From the human T2T-CHM13v2.0 reference genome, Homo sapiens, in the NCBI RefSeq assembly GCF_009914755.1, contig NC_060925.1: 64,000 nt of DNA; one strand, written 5' to 3'. The translations under genes and the position numbers were made by a program. Positions 47,585-60,703 of this stretch are shown piece by piece (the first letter of the stretch is position 1; each line of letters opens with the position of its first letter). Under the pieces are notes generated by a model that saw only the letters and a program-made list of their open reading frames with translations, searched no databases and had not been told where the DNA came from.

Positions 47585-50500
47585 GTAAGCGCCGTGCGTC
47601 GCGTGTGCTGTCAGGGGAAGGGGGCGTCAGGGCATCCACTAGCGGGGTCCGGGCAGAGTGACAGCGGGCAGCGGGGACTCGCGGGCGGGGCGAGGGGGTG
47701 CCCCCTGAGGATGCGGGAGGAGCGGGCATCACCAAGTGTGTGCAGGTGTGCGTGTTGGGGCGAGGGAAGGCAAGGGCGCGTGTCTGTGCGCGCGTGTGGA
47801 AAGCTAGAGGATGGAGCGCGGCTAGCCGGCGGCAGGCGCCCGGGCTCGGACCCGGGGCACCGGGGACAGGAGCGTCGGAGCTGCGGGAACCGGGAGAGGA
47901 GGGGACGGCCGGTCCGGCCTGCCTGGTGGCACGGCTGGGACCTCCCGGGCGGCCGGGGGCAGGGTGCAGAGCAGGGTGGCCCGTGGGGGCGCGGGGAGCG
48001 GCGGGAACTCGGGCTGTTTCTGGGAATACCGCCGCCGGGAGGTTTCTTGGGCTTTCGGGCTGGACCCGCGCGTTGTCACGGAGCGAAGACGTTGGTTCGC
48101 TTACTCCGTGTAGCGTGCGGCGCAGCTGACCGGGGGCGGGGGTGATGGTGCAGGACGCTGCGCGGAGGTTTCCCCCAAGTCAAGGTGCTGCGAAAGCGGA
48201 GGAGGAGTCGCCTCCGTGGTCCCCGCGGTTCCCGGGGCTGGTGCCATCCGTGGTGGTGCTGTGACCGCTTGCAAAGCGTGGAAGGCATGGGAAGCGAGCG
48301 TGTGTTTGCGTGTGTGCGCGCGCGCGGGTGGTGGTGGGGAGAACATCGTGAACGTGTCGTTCTCTAAATGCTGGCTTATTGCATGCCAAGTGAAGCAAAG
48401 TGTGTGTGTGTAAGTGTAAGGGCAGGGTGGCTGCCCGGGAAAGGTTGGCTCCACACTAATACAATTCTTTCTCCTTAAGTACCTCTTGGCACTGCTCCTT
48501 CCTTTCTCTCATTTGTTCGAACACTGCAGATACTTCCCAGGCTGAGGCATTGCACACCTCCAAGCTGGGACTGGAGAGCCTCTCCAGAAAAGAAAATGCC
48601 CTAACTTCCTGCTAATAATAACCTAGTTAGCATCCTTTCAGTCGTTCCTTCTCCACTTCTGTCCTCCTTCCCGAAGGATGTTCCCTTGCAGGATTCCCCA
48701 GACTTCCCCAACCTAGAACTGCAGCTTCTGCTGGTACTTCTTTCCTCAGCAGTACAAAAACAAAACAAAACAAAACAAACAAACAAACAAAACCACTTCC
48801 CGGTTACAGTTACCTATAATCACAGAAAATCGTAGATACGGTGGAATTTTGGAATATTAACTTTTAGGTGTGAAAATAGTCTTGATGTATTTGGGTACTA
48901 AACGTATGAAAACAGCGAATTTGCAAAGGAACGTTGTAAACGACTGTCTCTTTCTCTTTTGTGCATTAAACGGACTGGGAGAAAGCTTTGGGAAGGATAA
49001 AAACCCAGGGTCCACATCAGATGACAACCTAATAGTAATCCAGTCTAATAGCTGCAGGTTATGCACCATTGCATATGCTTTTTGAAGTACTGTTGGCCCA
49101 AGACCGGGCTTGGAAGAGCCTCTTCACTAATACCTTGGTCACGGTGTATAAACCTGCTAGTAATACAGTTGTCTTTTTCATAGAAAATAGACTATAAGGG
49201 TTTTTTTTTTTTTAAGTAATTAACACCACATTAGATTTTTCTCAAAACTAAGGACTATTTTATTCAGGTGGACAAATACGGTTGCTGTATAATTTTTCAA
49301 TCAATTCGTATCAAACTCTGTGGGGTTAAAACTAGCTGGGACATTTTGGTAGGCTTCATGCACTCAAGGGCTTCCTGCGGGCTTAACTGTTAAGCCGAGC
49401 TCATGGAGGTGGTGTTATCAGAATGCTTAATGGGGACCGAGGGAACGTGCTGGCTGATGAGGTTCTGCACATATCAAGTAATGTCAACTCTGTGCCACTC
49501 AGCAGCTGCCTGTCAGCTAGAGCAGCACCTTTGATAAGTGGGTCCTGGGTAGAGATCTGGCAGTCCCAGGCTGGGATTTTTCTTTTAATAAAACATCCGT
49601 AGGTTGCTGTGCTGACGACAAATGACCTTGAAGGAGGTGACACAGTGGAGCAGGGGGATTTTTTTTTTTTTGGTATAGCATTAACATCTAAAAGGAAAAC
49701 ATGCCTTTCCTCACAATTTTCCAATTTTCATATGGAAATTCTCAAATCCTTTACCGGCTTCTCCACCCATTACCCTCCATCCTTCCCTCCCCCACCCCCC
49801 TTTTTTTTCTCTTAACCTGAGAATGTTGGTGGTTCAGAAATGCTGATGGGGTGAATAATGGGGAGACTGTAGTATAGTTCCCACATTGAAGTCGCTTCTT
49901 TTTTTTCTGAGGGCATTTATTTCTCTGTCATGTGCAAGCTTGTCAATATGAGTTATTTCTTCTTCTTCTTCTTTTTTTTTTTTTTTAAAGCAAATAGCCC
50001 AAGGAGTATTAGGAATCTGTACATCTTGATAAAACAGTTGTAGATGGAAGAATTCTTGATAGTGATGGATGAAGCTGTTTTGCATAGAAAAACAAAAACA
50101 GTCATTAAGACACCGTAATTGTGAATTTGATGGGACATTTCATATGTCCTGATTAGAACATCTGGATTATTATCTTGAGCAGGTCATTGTCTATTGGATT
50201 TGTATTCAGCACCCCAGCACATTGAGGCATCTTTTTGACCACTGTCCACAGAAAGCTTTTTTGCTTTTCTTTTTTTAGAAGAGGTGTGAGATCACTGTTA
50301 AGGGAAGTAGAGGTGAAATCTTTAATGGGCTGTATCTGTGAGTTATGTATGCTGCTGTAAATTAATTCCTCATTTGCAAAGGGGTTTGTCACTGTTTAGC
50401 TTGTACCTGTCTCTCTGGCATCTCTGTTCCATTTGCTGCTGCTTGTCGAGTTGGCTCACATTCCTTCCAAATAGTTATGTAGATGAATGATCATTGATTC

Positions 50501-53500
50501 AGTGGCTCCCCCATCTGTTGGAAACCTGCCCACTTGGGTCTGTTTATCTTTGAGAGAGATTGAAAATATGTTTTTGTAAACTCTGGATATGCTGGGACAC
50601 TTATTTTATGAGAGAAAAATCCTATCATAAAATAAGCTGTCAGCTTGTAATGGATTCATTCACTGTCATATCCAAACATATCCATGATTTGGAATGTGTG
50701 TTTTATTTTAAAGATTTTATTAACTTACCAATGTAGCATCAAACTGTCATTTGGCATTTAAAAACACGCATCTTTTTCGTTATGGTCCTCTTTTTTTTTT
50801 TTTTTCCAACAATCATACAGAATGTTATAGAAGATATTCCTCTGACTTTAGGAAAACCATGGTATAAAATGACCTTGGTCAAGGTTTTTTTTTTTTTTTT
50901 TTTTTGAGTACTTTGTCTTTCTTTCATTTGTCTAAGCACAGTTGAGTTACCCTTGTGGTGTACTGTGTCATGTAGTTTTGTATTTACCCATAGATTGAGA
51001 CTTAAAGCTTAGTCCTGGCTGTAAGAATGATCCTGATAGGAATGCTTACGGTCTTCCTCCTGTCTTCTTTTGCAGAATGAAGTATTTCATTATAGATTTC
51101 TTCTCAGTGTTCATACATCTTGTTCCACAATGACAAGAAGCATCTTTAAATATACTCATCTACAAATGGTGACAATTATGCAGTATAGATGCTGGTGTAC
51201 AACACTGCATAGTAGTTTGGATGGGAATACTTAGCCCTAGTTTGTAGAGGTCCAGGAAGGTTAATGGTATGAAGTCAGTACTCAGCAGTGCAGAACGAGG
51301 ACTAAAATTCAAATCTTAGGCTAATAGTGTTCTTTCCAGGAGAGAAAGGCTTCTTTATCTGCTGTTCAAGTATGTTTTAGGTTTATAGCAAAAGAATACC
51401 AAGTCAGTTTTCTCAGCTGTAGGAATGTCACAGAGTACAAATGAAAAGATGGAATGAGCAGTGGAAATTCGCACTTTTTGCTCCCTTCATAATGAAGCTA
51501 CGAGGAGCTTTAGATAGATATGCACTATGGTATTTTCCCAAGGAACTGATGGAAAGCCCACCCAGGCTTACATCATCAGACTTATTTTATTTTAACTTAG
51601 AAATTAGCATGTACACATTGGCAGGAAGGGCAAGATCTAAAACGCTTAGGGCACTAATTTATTTGACATTCAATTGTATTTGTACTTTGGCTTCAGATAA
51701 GTGTTTTTATCATGGCTGAATTACCCAAGAAAGGACTCCAGCAGCACTGGGTGACTGTGCTTCTTTAGATAGCTTTCGGGAGAGAGGGAGAGGTGATGAA
51801 GCACACATTTTTCCTGAAACTCTGACATTGTGGGAATTAGATTAATTCAGAAAACATTTGTTGAACACCGTCTGTATGCATAGCATGTTAAGGAAGTATT
51901 CCAAATAAGTAGGGAAGTGGTTTGCAGCTGTAATTGCAAAGAATAGATATAGAGGATGGCATGGAGCAATCAGAAGGAAAAATGCATAAACAAACTCCAA
52001 AACATTAGGGTAGGAAGAGGCCTTTAGAAAACATTACCCTGTCCACCCCATGCCTCTCTGATATTGCAGATAAGGAAACAAAAGCTCAGAAAGCCAAATG
52101 ACTTGGCCCAGTGTCACACTCCAAGTTAGTGGCATTTAGTAATGGAGAGTATATGAAAATCTGTGAAGAATTTCCAGAAAGGAGGTTTACCAGCACATCA
52201 TTCTTTATAGAGTAGATTTAAACCCACTTTTCCATTTTATCCTTAACTTGACCTTCATAGAGTTCTGTCTCCAAATCTGTCCTCTTGTCCTTCCAGCCAG
52301 TGAAAAGGAGGTTTCTTTTGTCTTTTCTAATGTTACAGTCCCTCACATGGCCTGAATCTTGGTCCTGGAAGCCAAGATTGGAATCCATCCTTTCTATCCT
52401 TTTTTTTTTTTTTTTGCCTCCCTATCCACTTACTCCTTCTGGTTTATCTTGAAGCCTGTTAATTTCTCCCATCTTAAAATGTCTGTCTTTGACCCGGATA
52501 CCTTATTTGGTTGCTCCCCTCCTGCAGAAGTGGTCTTCTCCCACTGCTTGTACCCCTCTCCATGTAATTATCTAGCTTCTCTTCCTTCTTCAATTTACTT
52601 TCCAGGATGTTGCCAGTAACTCCCTCCTTGCCACGTCTAAATGTCCCTCTCTGTCCCTATTCCCTTAGATTCCTTCTCAAGCTCTACTACCCTGACTTTC
52701 CTTTTTGAAGCTACTCTTTTGACTTTGGGGACATGGTACCTTCTGGGTAATTTTTTACATTTCTGATCATGCTTTTTCCAGGTGCTTTTCATTCCTTTTA
52801 CTCCAAGTGTGTGGTTATCCCAAAAGATTCTGTCCTATTTCCTGTTCTGGCTCTTCTGCCTTCATGAGCTTATCTATGTCACAAAATCTGGGATCTCTTG
52901 AATAACAGAGTCTGAAAAGACTTAACAATGACTTCATCCAGCTCTGAGAGCCAGAGAGATGAAAGGAATGTTCCCAAAGCGACTCTTTTTTGTAGGAGAA
53001 ACCCACCGTAGATTCGACAGCCCTGGGCCTTCACTTCAAGCCTCTGTTTAGACTTCCCTCTTGCCTCTCGGACCCCAGAAACACCAGCTTGACATCATTG
53101 CCTGTTCGGTTCCCTAAGCGACTTTCCTTCCTAGTGTCTCTGCTGATCAGTGGCACTGCCGTTTGTGGCTGTGGCTCCAGTGTGATCCTAACCTTCAGAA
53201 GACCTGAGTCTGAGGCCGGAATCCACCAGCACCTAGCTTTACGGACTTAGAACAACAGTGCCTGGCTCATGGGAGTGGCTCAATGCATTTGTCTAGTTCT
53301 CTTTCTTCTCTTCTGCATCTAATTTGTCATCATAGCCCATCGTGTTTCTCTTTGCAATCCAACTCAGATTTCGATGTGTTTCATACTCCGTTAGCTTCTT
53401 GTTCTGATCCCAGTACTCATTTCAACCTTCGTCATCCTTCCTCCTGCAACAAATCGGCAACCCACCTAGAATCCGCCTGCCATTTTAGTCCTCCTGAAAC

Positions 53501-56145
53501 CCTCGTGTCCATCTCCCAGCCTCAGCTCACATCCTTGCATATCCTGTCTAATTTCTCTACTTGGCCTTTTATGATCTGCCCCTTGATACCTTGCTTATGC
53601 TTTTCATCCTACACAGAGTTTTCTTGGATCACTCTAACCAATTCCGATTTTACCTTTCTCCGACCATTTATCACTAATAATTAATAAAATGTATGGAACT
53701 GATTGGGAAACTCAAGCAATGGTCAGAGAATGCTCTGACCCTGATGCTCTGTGGGTGAGTTGGGACCGTGTTGGGCATCGGTTTCCCATGATGCTTGGTG
53801 CACTGTTAACTACAAGGACAGACTTGAGAGAAATCTTGTGGCAAGGAGAAGATCGGGACAAGAGAAAGGATCCTCCTGCCCACAAGTTTAATGTGAACAT
53901 CACTTGAATGCGTCCAAATGCAGAAAGAAGGAACCTGCTATGAAGGAAGTAGGCAAAGATAGTGGGGGTGGAAGAATAGAGGTAAGATCTCTTCTGGAAG
54001 CAGAAGAGTAGGAGTGTTGGTGGGTGAAATTCTGAGATGAGGACACCGGAGGTGTGTAGGGTGAGAGAGGCCAGGTGATGATTGCTGCTTTGGGAGGCCG
54101 CAGTGGCTCCCAGGTCCAGTGGGAGGGGACACCCGGAGAAGGCAATTAGAGAGAGGGAAGTTACAGTCACTAGAGCAAATGAACAAAGGAGAGTAAGAGA
54201 ATAAATTAAGGATTAATTGAGTCTGAGTGATTAGGGCTGCCCAAAAGAAATACTGGTTTAGAGTCAGAAGCTGTATTTCAAATGAGCAGCTGTCAGGGGG
54301 TGAGGTGACTTCCAGGGGCACTGTTAGAGTGTCCAGTGGATCAGTTTCATCCCCTTACTTTCCTCTTTATTAATCACGGGAAGAACATTGGGATGAGGAC
54401 CCTGCCAACAAATGGTTGTGTGACCTTGGGGCTGGTGGGGTCAGATAGAGATTTGTTTGAGAGAGGTAAAATGGGGAGGTTGTTTTCTCAGAGGGACTTG
54501 CGGTAATTTCCATTGTCATGTTCGTAGTCTTAGGGTCAACCAGACTCAAACCATTCTGCAGGATGAGCATAACAAAATCTCACCCTGGGACTGGAAAGAA
54601 AAGCTTTGAATGATCCTGGGGTCCCTGGAAATCCTCATCCTGGTGGATTACAGGCCCTGAAAGCTGACAACAAGCTTTGAGCCAGGATTCTTGATGATGG
54701 GTGGTTTTCTTTCAGGGAAGAGGAGATGTTAACAATAAGAGAAGCTTGCAGACAGGCATTTAGAAGGAGCTAGGAGAAGAATTCTCTCATGTCAGTAGCC
54801 CTCTTAGGGACTACTTAGGTTCGGATCCATTTAGTAACTGAACTCCTAGTGAGCTTGTTTGCAAATCCTCTCTATTGTCCCAGCCGTGAAGTACTTCTCT
54901 GGCTTCCATAGTTACCTTCTCCCTGGCTGGTGAAGAAGTGGCCCATGTTTCTGGGGTTTCCCAGAATGTTACAGTCAGCCTCAAAGCCCATGTGGAAGGT
55001 ATATTTCCTGGTTTCTATTGCAAAAGTTCTGTAGTGGTGTTGCTGCAATGAAATGGAAGTCCAAGGCATTCCCTGTTAGTGACGGAGTGTTCAGAGGACC
55101 TACACGTAATTGCTTTCATGTTCGTTACCCAAGTAGGGGACAGAGAGAGAGGAGCCACTGACACGTGAACCCAGGGAGACCTCCCCTGGATGGCTGGGTG
55201 CAGGTACTTACCACCCACCAACCGATGATGAGTATCTGCCAATTTACTGGAAGAAAACCTGAAATCTAGCTGTGGAGCCAAGATAGATGCAGAAGAAAGC
55301 GAGTGGAACAGGAGAAAGTGTATAGGAACTCAGAGGCTGGCAGGGCCTTCCTGAGTCTGGGAAGGGCTGAGGCGGGAACGAGGACACATTTGCTCCCTGG
55401 GACACGTGGTTCTTAGTGTGCAGGGGAAACCCGCATGTGGTCACTGAGGGAGAGGCACAGGCCCACACATCTCATCACCATGAAGGAAGGAACAATTCAA
55501 TGTGGCCAATTTGTTTTTCTACTATGGCAAGCACTTTTTTTCCTTTAACATTTTTGGTATTTTAAGAGTTTTTGCACATTTATTCTGCTTCTAATGAAGT
55601 TTTAATTGTTTCTCTTTCCTCCTGAGTTTAGAATCTGATTCATAATGTACATGGGAACCCATGAATTTCACTCATATTTAATGCATAACCAAAGATATAA
55701 ACTGAAATGATACATTTTGAGAAGATCAAGAAAAGAAAAAGAAAGCTTACAGGAAAAATGATATCCTTAGTCTTGAGTCAATTGGGATATTGTTAAAATG
55801 AAGCCGAACAGCACACTGAGGTGATAGCCACTAGAAGTTGTATTCTCTTCTTTTCCACAGCAGGTTTCTGGTTTTCAAAATAAAAGCAATTATGATTTAA
55901 ATTCTTCTAGCTTTTGCTAGAGTTTATATTTATTTCATAATCAAAGAAACTTTACATGAGGAAAGTTCGGTCTCACACACACGCACACATGTGTGCACAA
56001 ATGAATGAAAGATATTCCACCATATTTTTTTTCACCAATTTTGACTGTGGTGTAGAATTCAGTTAAATTAGTTCATGTGTAGCAGTGAATTGTCTGTTGA
56101 TCTCTGTTATTTCTTCCAGTGCTTTGGGGTTTTTATTTTTATGGT

Positions 56146-56378
56146 TCCTTTCCCTTTGTCTTTCCCTTTCCCTCCCCTCCCTTCCCCCTTCCCTCCTTTT
56201 CCCTTCCCTCCCTTTCCCTTTCTCTCCCCCCCCTTCCTCCCCTTTCCCTCCCCTTCCCCTCCCCTTCCCGTTCCCTACCCTCTCCTCCCCTTCTCTCTCT
56301 CTCTCTCTCTCTTTCTCTTTATCTCTCTCCCTCCCCTCCCCTCCCCTCCCCTCTCGTCTTCTCTCCTCTTCTCTCCTC
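56146..56378 (+). repeat. Polypyrimidine low-complexity tract
   Basis: About 230 bp almost purely C/T, including (CT)n and (CCCCT)n runs. Confidence 0.9.
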
Positions 56379-57849
56379 GGGGCTCATGAGTGAGTTACTT
56401 TTGAGAGATGCTATTTTGATAGTGGCAGGACCAGCAACAAACCTGTACCATCTCAGCATTCAGGAACAATGGTGTCCACATGTCTTTTTGAGGTTGTACA
56501 GGGCATTCTTAAGGCACATTTGAATAGTCCCACAGGCTGAGAGGAGTTCCTCTGATCTTAAATACAGCATCAGCCTGAGGAGTAACCATTTCTAGTCAGG
56601 AGATCAGAGCTTTTTTACGCCGTGGCCTACCTACTGCTGTTGGCAACTTTATTTCTTGTAGGTGCATTGATATGTAATTGTCTGGCAGGTCTGTTCTAAG
56701 CATTGCATGTGTATTTTCTCATGAAATCCCTAGAAAATCCCTCAGAGGTAGCTACCTGCAAAGAAGTGAAGTGAGCCCAGTGTTTGCAGACACAGGCAGT
56801 GGAGCGACAGTTTCAGACCTGGGCAGGCTGGCTCTAGAACTCTCACTTAATCTTGCCATACAGGGGCCCTTTCTGCTGGAGATGGACATATTTTAAAATG
56901 AGAGGGAAACTTGGTGCCCTGCTTCTACCTGCAGGAAGTTACTTTATAATATCAAATGTGAATTTCTTACATTACCAGAGCCTTGCAGGCTGTGTGCCAC
57001 ATCATAGGTCCTGTGTTTAATGTTTGTGGAATTGCATCGAACTGATTCCATGAGATAGTATTTTACATAATAAATACAGAGTAGGGTAATTATATGCAGT
57101 TTACTAGGGTACCTTAATGCAGTGTGTGTGAACGGGATACCTCTTTTATCTGTAGCATTATACCAGGTACCTAAGAGATACCATGAAGGTGGAAGCCATA
57201 GTTCCCGTAGAGTTCAGATGCTCAAACAGTGAAACCTTATATGCATCAACCTGGGAACAGTAAGCTTATGGTTCTAGGGGGATTGTGTCCTGTGTAAAAT
57301 TCAGAGGGTCCAAAAGGTGAAGAGATGATGGATGTGGTCATGATATTGGGCTCCAAAACTCACGGAGTAAATGGCCAATGGTGAAGTAAATGGTGGTAAA
57401 AGCAGAGATTCTATTTCATTATAAAATATGAAAAAAACATGAAAGGCAGAATCCAGACTATAGAACAACATGTAAGGCAGGAATTAAAGTTTCAATGAAA
57501 TGCCGCCTTGATCTCTAAAAGTGCTCCAAAATCTCTTTTGTAGCGTTTCAGGAAATTTTGATTCATTTTATTTTTGAAACAGTTGACATTTGGGGGAGTG
57601 GGCTAAGGGATGAAAATATGTTTTAAAGTGCTTGTTTTTTTAAGGACAATATTTTCAAGAACTGTACTTCAGGAGCATGTCACAGTTATGAGCCTGTAGG
57701 CAAGAACAGGGTTTTTTTTTTCCTCTCCTTTTAGGGAAGAACAACATATTGAAGGATGATTAAGACACTTGAAAAATGTAACAGAAACATACACACACAC
57801 GCATTGCATACACAGGATCCAATCCCTGATGCCCTTTGCCTCTCTTCTT

Positions 57850-58155
<306 letters not shown>

Positions 58156-59157
58156 CATCTCTTCTTATTTTTTAGACTATCCCGTTAGTTCCCTTTGGTC
58201 TTGGACATGTCTGTCATGACATGTTTCCAAGGCCAATGCCCACAGCTGGGAGTCATGATCAGCTTACACGTCCTGGCTTGTAGGTTCGACGAAACGTCAG
58301 GAGAACATTTCTTCTTCAGACAAATGAAAAGCTGAGATGAAACGTTTTTGATTGATGGCTGTCAGAGAAGCGTAAAAACTTCAGCTTCACTGCCATTCCC
58401 TTTGTGACAGGGAAGGGGCCATCATCTCCTGAAGATGGGGGTGTCATTATTAAGTCTAAATGTCCTGCTCCCGTCATGAAGAATTGCATCACACAGAAGC
58501 CTGCAAAGTCAGCCCGACTTGAGTCAGTCCTACTCACACCAAAGAGGATACGGAAACTGGTGAAGGATAAGAGACAATTGTGATTTCACCTCTTCCTGCG
58601 CCAGCGCCCGGTCTCTTCTCCTTCATTCTGAAATGTTCGTGGACTGCCTGCTACGTGCCATGCTTCTTGCTGGACTTATATCCACGCTTGTCCTGCCTTT
58701 AAAGAGCTTATTCTGTCTCTATGGGTGGGATAGGGAATAAGGAAAACGCAAATATTCTACTACACAGTGGACATAACAATCAGAAAACCGTCAGAGGAAA
58801 GGATGTTGAGGAGGGAGGGATCCGTGTCCCAGGAGTACCATTATCTAAGGCTTGGTGGAGGAGGCAGCATTTCCAGTCACAGAATTCTCAGACTGAAAAG
58901 GATCTTCAGGGATCAGGGTCTAACCCCTTTATAGTGAAGGAACATGAAAGGACAAGTATATTGGCCCACATTATTCCGCTCAGACAGGATAGCTGCAATT
59001 CATTTGATTCCTGGAACAATCCATTTAGTCTATAAAGCGGTTAATTGCATTAATACAGATCAGGAAACTGAGTTGCAAAGAGGTGAAATGACTTGTTCAA
59101 GGGCAATTAATGAGTAAGTGATGTTGCTGGCGAGCCCAGGGTTTTCAGATGCCAAAG

Positions 59158-59357
59158 CCCTTCTTTCTCCTTCCTCCCTCCCTCCTTCCCTCCCTCCCTT
59201 CTTCCCTTCTTTCCTCCCTTCCTTCCTTTTTCTTCCCTCCTTCTCTCCCTCCCTTTATCCATCACTTCCTCCCTTCCTTCCCTTTTCCTCCCTCCCTCCC
59301 TTCCTCCCTTCCTCCCTCTTCTCCCCTCCCCGCCTCCCCCCTCCCCCCCTCCCTCCA
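59158..59357 (+). repeat. Polypyrimidine (CCCT/CCTT) tract
   Basis: About 200 bp of C/T low-complexity sequence. Confidence 0.9.
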
Positions 59358-60703
59358 TCTGTCAGGAAAAATGGTAAAAGACTGTAAATTGGATTATAAG
59401 GAATGATTTATGGCTGTCCTATCACATTTGTCCATTTAGGTTATCTGTGCTTTTCACTTGTCTGGGAGCTATCTTACTGCTCTTAAATTGTGGAAAACTG
59501 ATAGTAATGATTCCTGAACTGTTGATTCTTGATTATAGAAAATGCAAATTGTGTCTACTAGAATGCAGTTGTAGATACCGAGTGGGTTTATTCTTCTCAA
59601 GCAAATTCATCTCAGCCTTCCTGATGGGCTGATATCTCTGTATGTCCTTTGGAGTCTCCTTTGAACCTGCTGTGATACCACACTGGTTCTTTAGTGAAGA
59701 AATTAAATAAAATCTTTGATGTGTTCATTTTGTCTTTGTTTGAGTCGTATTTTTACTTTAAAAAAAGTTACCTTCAACATCACTACTATGCCTCCTAAAG
59801 TAAAAGTGAGTGGGATCTTGCTGAATTTGGGTGGGGAGGGCAGGAAGACAGGACAGATGAAAGAGGAAGGTGAGTGGGGGCCATGTGTTGTTTCTTCTGT
59901 CTCCCCATCCCCAGGGCCACTTTCCAGTCTTCTCTGCCCTGTTCTATGTTCAGGAGCCTCCTACTCTAGATGGTGCCGGGAGCACTGTTTCCTTTCCTTG
60001 TTGGCTCAGATCCAGGGCTGGGGACAGTTTCCCACTGTTGCTGGTCCCTAGAAGTCCCACCTCTGTCGGATCCTGTCACGCTCCCAGCCCGCACCTTGGT
60101 AAATGATCCCTCATTCACCTCTCTTCAGTTAAACCCTTGAGAGTGCCATTCCCTTCCTTGATGAGACCCTGATGCGAAGGCGGGAAGCACGGTGACACGT
60201 TTGGGAGAGAGATGACGGGCGAGTACTGCTGTGTCATCCTGGGGGGACTGGGGAGCCCTGAGACCAGGGTCAGGGATTTGTTCTTAATTCATAAGGTAAA
60301 AGGGGCCCTGGAAGTTATTCTTTTTTCTCCTTCTCAAGGGAGAAAAATGGGTCAGAGCTGTCCATTAGAAAGATTAATGGGGCAGCAATTTATAAGATAA
60401 ATTGGGATGTAGAGAGATCAGAGCGGGACCGGAGCTGAGAAGCCTATTAGGAGACAGTCACCACGGAGCTGGTGCAAGATAATTCGGGCCTAAATTTGGG
60501 TGGTAGTTGTGGGAATAGAAAGGAGCGGGAGCTTTAGGACACAGTGGAGAAAGGGTTTATGGGGTTGGTAACTGATTAGATACAAGAAGAGGAAAAAGAC
60601 AAAGCTGAGCTTCAGATGGTGTTGGTCATATGGAAATCAGGAGGAAGGGGAGGTTTCAGGGGAAGGCAGTGGGATTTATTTTGGATGTATTTATTTTGAG
60701 ATA

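Larger units (their letters stand above)
46830..48360. promoter_or_regulatory. RYR2: RYR2 CpG island and TATA-less promoter
   Basis: Very GC/CpG-rich; overlapping GC boxes CCCCGCCCGCCCCC at 47136-47149 followed by CACCC boxes; no TATA box seen. Confidence 0.9.

Noticed and set aside
46832-48454. Multiple long ORFs (up to 356 aa) across the CpG island
   Set aside because: Stop codons are scarce in GC-rich DNA. Only the 16 codons before the GT donor match a known protein.
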